Positions 14,101 to 25,800 of a DNA stretch of 64,000 nucleotides are shown piece after piece. The stretch comes from Phoronis australis (taxonomy: Eukaryota; Animalia; Phoronida). The stretch lies in assembly GCA_002633005.1 (NCBI GenBank), contig NMRA01000001.1:2587695-2651694 (forward strand), in the 5' to 3' direction. The position numbers and the translations under genes were made by a program. Under the pieces are notes generated by a model. That model had not been told where the DNA came from and did no database searches. It saw nothing but the letters and a program-made list of their open reading frames with translations. The stretch's first letter is position 1. The number at the start of each line of letters is the position of its first letter.

Positions 14101-17100
14101 TGGTAAATCCAGATGAGTTGCATACTTCAGAAATGGAATCTTATGTTCAATATCATAGCAAAATGTACAATGAATGAAAACCATATCATAAAGTGTACAG
14201 TTAAAAAATTTAACTGCCTTAAAATGAATCTGTTTGATTGCCAGTGATATTCCACTACACAAAGTCCCAAGCCAATATACATACTGCAAATAGAGGTTGA
14301 TTTGGTAGCAAGGAACTTTAGTACCATACAATCATTTTAGAACTTGTCCCAGGGAAGGTTCCTTTACACTTAATACATTCAACTGAACACTTCATAACTT
14401 CAATAAAGTTACTTATACAGAACAAAAACTTATGTAAGTTTAAAATTTCCAGTAACCAAATCTCCTTCCATGTCATGAAATTACATGAACAGAAAACACA
14501 ACCACCTACTGGACTACGCACAGGAAAAACAGTCTGTCCATATCAATCAGAACAGCCATTAAATCAATATCAAATTTCACACCAATTAGTAACCAGCTGA
14601 GGTGGGTATCCAGATTCAAGAGGTTACATGTACTTGTTCAATTGTCATTCAAAGCAACAGCTTAAAGTACATGTGCCTTTCTGAATAAGTAGGCCAAATG
14701 GATCAAAACAAAAGCAATTGTAAGCACAGAGCAGGATTTTTTCTAAGGTAGTGACTTCGGTGCTGTGGTAGAAAAACAGAGCTGCATAACACAGGGAAAC
14801 ACTTATGTACCGCCTAAGATTTTTGGAATCTAGGTACGGTATGCGAAATTAACCACCATTGTTATGCAGCCATAAGATAGAATTCTGTGTACAAACAATT
14901 CAATAAAAGAAACATAAAATAACACAAAATCTCACCAATATAGGACACAATATAGCAGAAAACAAGATAGTCAAGTAATATTTTTATTTTCACATGAAAG
15001 ATAAGAAGCACCAAATTACTGCTTTTCCATGTTGAAGTTCTGAACCACACCTACCACTAGACAATATTTAAAAAAACTGAAGGCATTCACAAAAATTTTA
15101 GAAGCCGTTAAAAAATAAAGGCAGTTTTGGCCAAGTGTTATGTGTCCAAAAAATTCATGGCAACATCTTCACGCAATTAACAATACTTAGGTCCTACGAA
15201 ATATTGTCCGTGGTACAAAGGATGTGAAAATTCTGTATAAGAAAGTCAAAAGATGAAATATAAAGATAGCGTTTACAATAGCAGACACAAGGTATTTCAC
15301 CATCATGTGACACTGGCGCTGAAACTACCAAAAAGATTTTCTAGTAACAGACAACCATACCTCTTCTAGCCAAATCCAAGGCAGTTTCTTTGCCCAGACC
15401 TGTGTTAGCGCCAGTGATGATGACCGTTTTACCATCAAGCCTTTCATTAGATAAACATACGCCCCCATTCCAATATGACCTGAAACGCACAAAAACTCAT
15501 TCATGTTGGAACTCCCACCACACCATTGTAAATACTAATAATTCTCATCATAAATTTGCAAGAAGAGCTTATAGAACTAAGAATCACCCCAAAAATAATC
15601 TGCATTTAAGGTACAAAGACCACAGGACAACTGTGCCCTAGTCAATGTCACTCAGGTATATATTCCGATAGATAAGAGAAAAAGAAAGACAAGTCATGCC
15701 CTCACTTTGCTTGTCCAATATTCCATGATGATGACTGCACTGCAGCCCATCCTGAGCTAGCCAGCCAGCTAGCTGTATGAAGACTACATATTGTCATATA
15801 TTTGTATATAGCTTTGCACCAAGGCTAATCCTGAGCATGCTTTTGCTGGTTGAGGCCTCTCGTTAAATCTCTTTACCAAACATCAGAACATAGATTTATT
15901 GCAACATGGCTGGATTGCATCCTCATAGCACTGATGGATTTGGGGTGCTGCCCACACAATTTCCACAGAATGCCTGTTTTGTGACAGCCTAGAATGCCCG
16001 GGACACGGCACCACTGCTTCCCAAAACTGCTTATGTGCCTATGGTCACCAAAGAAGCTTGGTGTGTAAAAAAAAACAGTTTTTGCTGAGTGGTGCCTCTT
16101 GAATTCAGAATTCAGCAGCCACTAGACGGACATACTGTGTGACAGTTTTGAAAGTCTAGAAACATTATGTAGCATGTTAAAAAATAGAAATACATACCAG
16201 AGTTTACATAATAACTAAAGGCAGTGTCCCCAACAGCTTATTCACTCATGCATGTACCAACAATTTGAGCATACATCTACTGGTATGGTGGTAAAATGTA
16301 ACCAATTTTGGATACAATTTTTTTTGAGAAATATGTATTTTTCACTTGTTTAGCCTACTGACTGTGCAACTGCAGCTACATTGCAAAATTTGCAACTGGT
16401 ACAACATTTTAAATTTCTTACGTTATTGATATAGAAGAAGAATAAATAAATTGGTGATACTTACAGTGCAAAAGTAATGTCTATTGCCATTAACAACGAA
16501 AGTGACAGGTGATGAATATTATTGAGGCAAAATTCTAGTTACAGAATGGCGTAGCCACATTAATACGGTAACTTCCACCGTTAATTCCATTGTAATTTCA
16601 TGCTTGGTTATAAGGTAAAGCTACTCTGACAATACATTCAGCTACTGCCCAGCTATCGTGACGGACAATTTTCAGTTATTTTGCCTGAATACTTATGGTG
16701 TGTACTGTATCTCATGCCTACACCCGGGCTAAAAAATGGGGGGCTCAACTTTTTGAGAATGTGGACCTTTTAAGGGGTACATTCAGAGCTATAAATTGTG
16801 CATTCGCTGAATTTTGGTAGTTTCTGCCTTTTTAGTGGACTTTTGTCTCATTTTCTACTTTTATCGTAATCTATTTTGCCTAGGGTACGCCACGAGCTGT
16901 GTTGCAGAGTAAAACAAGAGGATTGCGAAAATTGTCATTTATTATGACGTAAATAGATAAAACTAAGACTCTGCAAGATGGGCATGGACAAAACGGCAGC
17001 ACGGAATGAGGCGGGCCTCAGTTTGCCCACTTCGCCTAACGGGAGGCTCATTCGAACCCCCCCAAGCCTCCCTGGGTGCACACATGTATCTACATGAAAA

Positions 17101-20100
17101 ATGGGAAACTAAAATTTTCACATGTTCCCAAATTGTGATATTTTATTGTAAATAAAGAGGACTTAAATAAAATTTCTATTTGAACAATCTATCCCATATC
17201 TCTACAAAATTTCTTTAGTAAGGTAAACTGTGCAGTTCAAATGAGCCTGAAAATTTATAATGGCAATTCATTTGGAATCCTAGGTTTTAAAAACAATCAT
17301 CACTACCACAAAAATGCACACAACATACAGCCAGCTACTTGTGGTGGTTAATCACTTCATAAACTGTACTAACTACAGGGTGCAAGCATTCTTGATAACA
17401 TCAGAAAATGAAGATTGTTTTCATAAACAACAATACAGATAAAACACGTTTAGGGCTTTACCCCCAACAGATTTTGAAAGAGCAAGATACCCACAAGAAA
17501 TAGTTGTGGCACTGGCAATAATAAATAAGACAACAGTTGGTGCTTCACACAATTGTAATATGCTTGAGGACGTTATTTCAAAATTTGAGCACTTTGCCAC
17601 CTATGTATTCATCCTTGAGTGAGTATTTACCAATGGACTTAATATATTTCTAGCATACTGCAGTCATGGGCTTCTTTTTATGTTATGTACCTCTTTGGTA
17701 CAATCAAAAAACTTTTCCCTGGCAGAGTCCAAAGTCTGTGAAAGCACCATCTTGGATGAACAATTCACAATAATTTCAAGTAGTCCTTAATAAGGCTTAG
17801 CAATATGAAATGACAAAGGTCAACAAGGTCACACAGCAATGTTAAGAGGGAACATAAGAGGTCAACAAGTACATGGCTGAACTGACACCAGCCACACATT
17901 ATATAATGTTCTGGCAAATGGTGTAAATACCTGTATATCCATCTCAGGTGTACACACCTAAGATCACATTTCCTGGCGTGATATTTTCATTGTGATCATA
18001 AAAACTTATCATACGTTATTGGCAGGTCAGCTATTAGACCTTGGACTGATGATTAGTGGTAGCCCGGCCTGTTCTTAATTTGGCAAATGAAGTTAGGTCA
18101 GTGAATTAAAAGTACAAAAACCAAAATGGTAAGAGCCAGTCTTGGTTAAACAATCCAACAGTCTCAGCAGTCAGTGTGACTGTGGTATCGCCATCAGTTT
18201 CTCACAGCAGATGTTAAAACTCTTTATTCTTACTGAGAGCAAGTTCATTTGACATGCAAAATATTATAAGTGAACATTAAAAGGTTTTGACCTACAGGTG
18301 AACACATCATCGGATGCTTATGCACACAGTCTTGTGAAACAAGGTGTCTTTAGCAGAACATGCAGGCTAATCTTGTTAGAATCAACCTATAGCAAACCTG
18401 AAACTACTAGTAATGGCTTTAATAAATGTCAGAGCCAAAGCAAACTTTACAAAGGAAGGATTACAGTAATCTTTTGAGACATGGGTAATGTTAGGTAGCA
18501 ATTTACCATTGAACAACCACTTTTTACCAAGGCAAGGTAAACAAATCAACTCGAATGAATGACACTACTGCTTTACATTATGTAGAATATTGATTCAATT
18601 TTCATAGGCCCAAATCACCTTACTTGCAGCAAAGCAAATGAAGGCCCAAACCGAGGTCCCCTGGAATTGAGTCCCAAATCCAGGTTCGTTCATATTGTTA
18701 ATACTGACCCACCAATTTTCAGGGCCAAAGGAAGTTATAGTAAAAACATAACACATACACCCCAGTCTTATAGGCACTTGTAAACAACTTAAAACAGCAT
18801 TCCGTGAACGTCATTAATACAACATTATTAGCTTGATATTTATGATCAAAATGGCAAGAGGTAAGGCGATTTGCTTTTTGGAATTCCTTTACTGTAGACC
18901 GTTGCCTAGGATATTCCACCATTCCAGTACCCTTGAATGTCTGAACCATTCTGATTAGCCCCTGCAGCTTAGTTCAGTGAACAGAAATTAATTATGTTCA
19001 CAGTCCAGTCCACTTCTCTATTATAAAAATGGCCCAATATATAACTGCCAAGTGCATGTTGGGAAGGACGATCACGGTTATAACACAGTTGAAAAGTGAC
19101 CACTGCAGCACCTAGGTTCGTGAATTTTACTTGATACTTGACTCAAAATTTTACAAATTGTATCATATGAAATTTGAAAGTTTACTCGAAGCATGCCATT
19201 CCAGATATATGTATTGCAAGCTAATTTTGAGAAGTTTGGTGGTCATGGACTCAGATGCTCAAAAGAATCTGGATTTAAAAGTTTTGTCATGTAGTCATGT
19301 ATGAGACAAAGACTATATACCAAAACTGCAATATTTTCTGTCTAAATATTCTGTTGGGTATATGTTAATCTAATAAGACTTGCAGTTGGAAACCAACACA
19401 GGGGAACTGAGTGCAATATTGATCTGAGTGAATAACCATATTCCGACACAATGGCGACATTGACATACGCTTTATCAGTAGATAGGGATAGAATACCTTG
19501 TAGACTAGTGCCATTGACACTCACAGTGTCATTTCAGTTCTGTGATTTGGATGGAGATACAAGACAGTGGGATTTCACAGCATTTCTCACCATGCCGTCA
19601 AATTACCACTGTTTTTGTGTGAAGGCTATGTAGCAGTAGCGTGCAGAGGTCTGGTGAAGCCCGGGACGATTTTTTAATGGATGCCCTTCTCCCTGTTCAA
19701 ATACATCGGCCCTGATACTTGAAGAAAGGTAAAAAAGATGAAACATGAAATAGAAACTTTATTCAATTAAATAACTACAAATCAGTCACAAGTTCGAAAA
19801 GTTTATTCATAGTGATTGGATGCCCCGGATGTAGATGCCTGGGGCCGTCGCCACCCCCCCCCCCTTCTTCACACTACTGCTATGTAGGACCTTATTGACT
19901 CATTGGTGTACTAAGCCAAATATCAACAAAACCTTACATTTTAACTAGTGACTTTCTAAAAGTAAAAAACCTGCAGAGATTGAATTTTGACTTTACCAAT
20001 CTGCTACGTAACCACATATATGTAGTAACATTTAGCAAAAAATAATACATCCATGATCCATAGCAAAACAACAGTATCAACAAAATGGACAAATTTTGTT

Positions 20101-22519
20101 ATATCAATATAAATGTACATCATGAAATTTTAAAAATGCTGTTACAGTTGTCTAAATTATCATTTCTTTTTCGTTTTCATTTTATGCCACCTTTGAGTTT
20201 TTCATGAAAATCATCAAAATCCTATTTTTGATAGCCTCTTGGTCTCATGATAAAGTGGAAAACTTTAAAAATAATTCCTAAAAACATATTAGAGAACAGT
20301 GTATTAAGTATTGTATTTGAAAGGCTCATATGAATCCATTCAGCCATTTCTGAGATATGACGTTCCAAAGTTTGCCAAATTTGGCCATTCCTCGAGGGTC
20401 CTACATAACGTTCAATGAATTTCTGCAAGAAGTCCAAGGATACAGAAATGCCGATGAATGAAGGAAATCGTCTTTTTATTTTTGTCGACTCGACCAATCT
20501 GGCCCATCAGAATTTGAAATAGGGTCATGCGAGTAAAAATCTTTTTCATGTGCTCACAACACTTGTTCTGTGTGGTAGAAGTTTGCAATAGTCAGAGCAG
20601 TGCTCTGGTGAATGACTGTCTGCATCATAAGCAAACACCCATTGGACAGGTAAATCAATGCATATTTGCTATTGACTTTTAAGGAACCAGTTGTAAGAAA
20701 TAAGGCTTTCAAACTTTTCACAGAAAACATGTTTTCAATTTTGAAAGATGCTGATTTGCAGAAAATTCAGATTCAAATCAGAAGCAAACAGAACAAAGCC
20801 TTAACAGAATTTCCAACATTCAAGGGAAAAACACGGTGTGTGAATACAAAATTACAAACAAGAGAAAAATATCAACTGGGTCAAGGGTCTCACATACTTC
20901 TTACAGCCTAGCCATCCAAGTCACCTTAATCTGCCACTGCAACAGAAACTTAAAAGCCACAACATTGACATACGGTAAAATCGCACCAGTTTCAGGCAAA
21001 AAAATTATCAAAAAAATTCCCTTTCTCATTTTTCAAGGGCTTCTAACATGTGTTGTGAATTCCCAACAATTTCTCAAAATTTTGGTTAATGATAACTGTG
21101 AAACAAAACTTACACATGACGTGGAATGGAATATCACTTAATGTTTCATTGAAAAATGGCAAAATAAAAAAATTCACATATTATGTCTCCAACTGTTGAA
21201 GTTTTACCATATACCTGTTGTGAGTGGTAGCGGCAACTTCATGCCCGTAGCCAGCTACAGTAGGTGAGACTTTTGTCATTACAGTAAAAATTCTCTAATT
21301 TGGAAAGTACCTAAAATTTGAGAAACCGAAACTCAAGTTCAACTTGAAGTTTCTTGATTCTGAAGATTGGGCCTTGAGCAAGTTTGGCGTTCATCAGAAC
21401 TCAATACCTACTAGTAAGACACTAAATTTTGTATGAACAGAGTCTGAAAATAGACTTGCCAGTTCGTACAATTGTCAGGTTTCGAAACACGGGTTTATAT
21501 GTATATGTATATGTATATGTCAAATTAATCATGCATTTGCGTTTGTGTGTTATTACCGGCAATAAAAATTTTGTTAGTAATAAAATACATTTAACTTACT
21601 GGTTTCACTTCGTTGTAAGCATAAAGAGCTTCTAACGAAGTGAAACCGATTCCAATAATAAATTTGTAGTGAATTTTACGCAATCTCGCAGAAGAACAGT
21701 TGATAGAAGAACCATTAACCAATTCATCTCATACAAGGAAGAGTGTGGTGTTAATTTGTATATTAAGTTTTTGTCAGATTTCATTCGTTCTAAATACCTA
21801 TTTCGATCCAAAGCTACGTATTTATAATGCTTAGGTCCTCGCGTTTAACAACGGGCATGAACATCTGATTACATAGCTACAGACTGAAGTGAAGGTTGAA
21901 GGTGTCACAGTGCAATTGCCAGCAATGGAGGCATTGAGATGAACCTATGATGAAACTGGAGATGGGCATTTGTTGTGTATAGGACCTGTTGCTTACAACA
22001 CACAGCAAAATGGATGCATGACTGATCACAATGTCTGACAAATCACGTAACCATACACTACGCACTTCTTCTGAGGGATAAAATACAAGCACAACAATAA
22101 AGACTGCAACACAACACATCACACACAACACAACACAACACAACACCTGGGCCTGGGGAGACACTGCCTGGTTGGATTTAGTGATAGCGGTTCCTGATTT
22201 AGAGAACCAGTTTCACACACTGAATAACGGGCCCGTTATTTAATGAATGTCTGGTTCTCAAAACAAGGGAATGCTATATTCGACCAGTGCCCCAAGGAGC
22301 CCCTGAAATTACATCACACTTGAAATTAAACTTTCAACTCTGTAATCTCGTCTCTGTGAGTCGATAAAGTACAGACGACGCTGAAGAAAAAAAGTGAGTT
22401 ATGGAACCTCTAATGCTGTCAAGTGCAAGTGGTGCTGCACCAAACTGCAATGCTACTTACTTAAAAAGGTAGAGTCCCAGTCCGACACCGCCGACTACAC
22501 CCGCGGTCACCCAATCCAT
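2157..22519 (-). CDS. Retinol dehydrogenase 11/12/13-like NADP(H)-dependent SDR, paralog A (7 coding exons, 322 aa)
   Basis: Minus-strand exons: 22461-22519 ([19 protein letters not shown], hydrophobic N-anchor), 15361-15479 (TGANTGLG Rossmann motif), 13617-13775 (IMACRD...[10 protein letters not shown]), 11950-12054 (INNAG...VNHLG), 9459-9668 (RIINVSS...YCRSK), 7383-7590 or its duplicate 5630-5837 ([12 protein letters not shown]...SGKYF), 2157-2265 (DC...KLWDVS, TAA). All introns are GT..AG, phases are consistent, total 969 nt. Confidence 0.93.
2562..2999. other. Assembly gap (others at 32538-32547 and 52591-52670; single Ns at 6666, 26956, 53680)
   Basis: Runs of N; 2276-2561 is repeated at 3553-3838 across this gap. 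Confidence 0.99.
3900..4200. repeat. Degenerate foldback with ~60-bp inverted arms and short GCGGAATATT repeats
   Basis: 3978-4035 CAAATTTTGCGTTATATTGTACACGTGCGGAATATTAT...GTGGAATTTCC is inverted against 4085-4143 GGAAATTCCAC...ATAATATTCTGCATGTGCACAATATAATGCAAAATTTG. Confidence 0.65.
4900..8404. repeat. Apparent ~1.75-kb tandem duplication (4900-6665 / 6667-8404), likely uncollapsed haplotypes
   Basis: Near-identical copies with scattered SNPs and indels, joined at a single N (6666). Confidence 0.85.
5630..5837 (-). CDS. Second copy of paralog A exon 6 (probably the other allele)
   Basis: 208-nt copy of 7383-7590 with intact AG/GT; 3 synonymous differences and 1 non-synonymous (T/A). Lies in a ~1.75-kb duplication joined at the single N at 6666. 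Confidence 0.8.
9957..11685 (+). mobile_element. Helentron-associated (HINE/DINE-1-like) non-autonomous element with internal tandem array
   Basis: Starts AACAAGAG with a small hairpin (caacgc-aga-gcgttg). Sub-terminal ATGCACCCAC (9982) is inverted-complementary to GTGGGCGCAT (11670). Also a GACA-type microsatellite near 11628, a 3' palindrome ATGCGACCACATAT-AA-ATATGTGGGCGCAT (11650-11679) then an A-run, and three ~430-450-bp central units built of ~150-bp subunits. Confidence 0.7.
19634..19879. mobile_element. hAT-type MITE
   Basis: Termini CAGTAGCGTG...CACACTACTG with a perfect 8-bp target site duplication CTATGTAG (19626-19633 and 19880-19887). Confidence 0.85.
22107..22146. repeat. (CACAA)n microsatellite
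   Basis: acaacacatcacacacaacacaacacaacacaacac. Confidence 0.8.
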
Positions 22520-22846
22520 CACGGAACACGCTGTGCAAATGCCTTGTTTACTATCTTGTCGTCTGCAAATGATGTAAGGGAACTGTTCATTTTGCTAATA
22601 GGTATCTAACTATGGAGCTACAGTTAAAAACTAGTCTTCAAATTGTATTACCCGCCATAACTCTGTAAATAACTGATATATAATTAGAACAAAATGTCTT
22701 GTAAACTGTGTTTTTATGAATAAATAAATTATTTCACTGGAAAAGGCACTGCGATAGAGCTTACGTTACCCCCTTGTGCTTTATGGGACATTTCAAATAC
22801 TTGAATCTGATTCGCTATTCATTTCTCATTCATTTTTGAAACCAAC
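22520..22846. promoter_or_regulatory. Putative bidirectional promoter between RDH-like paralogs A and B
   Basis: The divergent ATGs (22519 minus, 22847 plus) are only 327 bp apart, and both first exons are CpG-richer than the background. Confidence 0.6.
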
Positions 22847-25800
22847 ATGGCGGACTTCGATGCGTTCAAGCAGATGGAAGAAGCCGAAAGTTGGCTTTAC
22901 GACTCGTGGACGCCTTGGATAATAGCTGGCGTTGGGGGGCTTTTGTTTGCTTTGAGGTACTTTGATCACACCACTATTTCCGGATTGGTTTTGTTTGCCT
23001 ACTGGAATTTATCCCTTTGATCACTCACAAATTCGCGTGTGACTGTGAGAATCTCCGCTAGGTGGCACTTAGGCAACTACATCGTCAGTGGGTATGGCCT
23101 GCTGTGCGTGAACTTGGGATGCTGCTTTGTCTCAAGATCGCATATGCGTGAACTCAGAAAGTTGGAATTGAATATTGATCTGGGCAATCAAGGGAAATTT
23201 TTATTCAGTGTGAAGAATTTCTGTAATATTGGCCTAATGGCGCTTTACCGTAACCTGTGTCAAAAAATCGGAGGAATATGTGATTGGTTCGCCAATATTA
23301 TTTTTGTTATTTATAATGATATTTGATTTATTGCAGTGCAAATTTTTATTGCTGTAAATATGATTATTTAAGTGAACTTGTCAAGTTTCCTCATGTATTC
23401 CAAGTTCACTCACACGCGAACTTAAAATTAAGCAAGATTCCAAGTTCGTGCACAGCAACCCCAGGCATACACAGGTGACAGTATACGGTAGTATACCCCC
23501 TCCCCCCATAAAAGATGCAAAATACAGTGAATAACATCGAACGAATCTCGCTTATATACACACGTACAGTTATTATGATTAACACGTACCATGACTCTGA
23601 AGACAATTTAGTCATTAAGATAATTTGAAGATAAACATGAAAAGCTGTCACGGTTCACTGGCACTTTCCTCACCTCCTCCTCCGGGAGCCATTTTGAGAA
23701 AATTACATGAAATCAAACCTGTTGATGAAGTCCAAGGGACAAAAGTTTTACAAATTCACCGGATATCTTCCCATGCTTTATAGTCCTAGTAATAAGTGGG
23801 CAAATGATAGTTATACATAAAGATGAAAGATTTGAACAACAAACGGTAATAACACAAAAAAGTAAGTTAAAGTATTTTGCTAATATAACTATATTTTATT
23901 AGTAAACATTTCTAGATCATTAATACTAGCAGTTTGGGAGTTCTGACTTTCAAATACTATCCTAGGCTTCCAACACCAATAAAAAGTGGGTCGTAATGCA
24001 GGGCATTAATATACGCCTGTAAACTGCATTGCACATGGCAAAATAGAATGGGCTTCATTTTTCCAAAGATTCCTACGCACTAAACTGACACTGGAGGGCA
24101 AAGCAGTTCTCTGATTGATCTTGAAATCAACGTCAGCCATGGTGTTCTTACTATCTGTCAAATTTCATGACAATCATTCTTTGTATTTGGAACATATTGG
24201 TGCAACGAAATTGAACTGCCACTAGGGGAAGTAGCAGTAGTTAGATTCATTGAGAATTTGATGTCAGCTATGCTCTCCTCACTAAATGTATATTTGTCAA
24301 ATGTGGTGATGAGGCAGGCGTTAAAAATATAGAACTGCCACTGATGGGCATAGCAATATTTGGATCTGTCTGAAAATGACATCAGCCATGCATGCTCTAG
24401 TCAATAGGATACTTTGAAGTTCTTGACAAACAGATAAAGGAGTCGAGGCTAGAAAGCAGACATCAAAAATAGTGGCACAAGGGGTTCAGTGGCTGGGTCA
24501 ACTCGAGAGTTATTGGGAATCATCGTCTCTTTGATTGGAACACATCTGCCTAATTTTGTAAAGATGCAGTGAGTGACTTGGTAGATTTGTAGGCTGGTCC
24601 CAAAAAAAAACTTGCCACTAGATGGCGCTGTGGTAATTGATCTGCCACATTTCACAAATATCCTGTTATGGTATTTTTAGAGATGCTGCTGTGTAACTAT
24701 GCCCATGCATGCACACATGTGGGCTCATCAGAATTACAAAGTTGTGTGAATTGAGCTGTCACAGTAACAAAATGTTTTTAAATGACTGGTTGCATTATTT
24801 TGCAGATCATACATGAGAGGTGCCCAGTTTACTAGTAACACAAAGTTGACTGGTAAAGTTGCAGTTGTTACTGGTGCAAACCAAGGAATCGGCTACGAAA
24901 CAGCACTTGACTTAGCTAGAAGAGGTCAGCAAAGATTCAAAATCAGAGAGAGTACTTTTAAATCAGGACCCTCACTCATCTGATGGGGGAATTTTTTCCC
25001 GGTCGCCACCAATTCCACCCCCTCCCTCCACCAATTCCATCTTGATGCGAATTTTCAGTCATTTGAATTTTTGGGCCTGGTGAGAGGAATTATGCGTGTT
25101 TTTTTAAATGGGCTGTTATTTGACCCCAGAATAGAGGCATCGAGATAACTGATGTAAATTGAAGAAATACATTGTGTGGGTACATTTGTATGTGTTCGTT
25201 TGAAACCCAGGTTGGACTTTGCCTTCATGAAGAAATATGTGGATGATTGTAAAGATTTTGGTTTATGTTAATATTGTTTAGCCATCTATTCAATGCTGCA
25301 TTCTACCTTGTTTAGCTACTAAAAACAAAAATGGAGTTAAGACTTTTTTATTTTGATGAAATTTATCTCGTAATGTTCTGACTGTGATCGAATTCCATTT
25401 CTGCTGCTAACAAAAACTTTGAATTCATAACACTTAATTGGGGTTGGCTGACCCTAAAATTCCAGACTTGAAAAGGGCACATGTATGTACCTAACTTGGT
25501 AACAAAAATGGAATATCATGAGAGTAAAACACCTAATTCTAGTTTTGCTTTTTAGCCAGTTAAACAGGCTGAAATTTGACTTTACTTTATTTCATTCATA
25601 TATGCTCTATAATTACAGTCTTCATAACACATAGCTGTTGGCTATGTATTAATTTGTATGTAATAAATAACGGATGGTCTGTGGTGCATGTGTAAAGGTC
25701 TGTACTTGTTGAGTTCTTTATGGTTATTGTTACTTTTTTCTTTGTATTTTAGGTGCAAAAGTTTACATTGGTTGTCGTAATGAGTCGGCAGGGAAAGAAG

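Noticed and set aside
15724-15755. C-box (ATGATGA) and D-box (CTGA) words suggesting a snoRNA; similar at 52562
   Set aside because: The boxes are too close together, with no terminal stem or recognisable guide.
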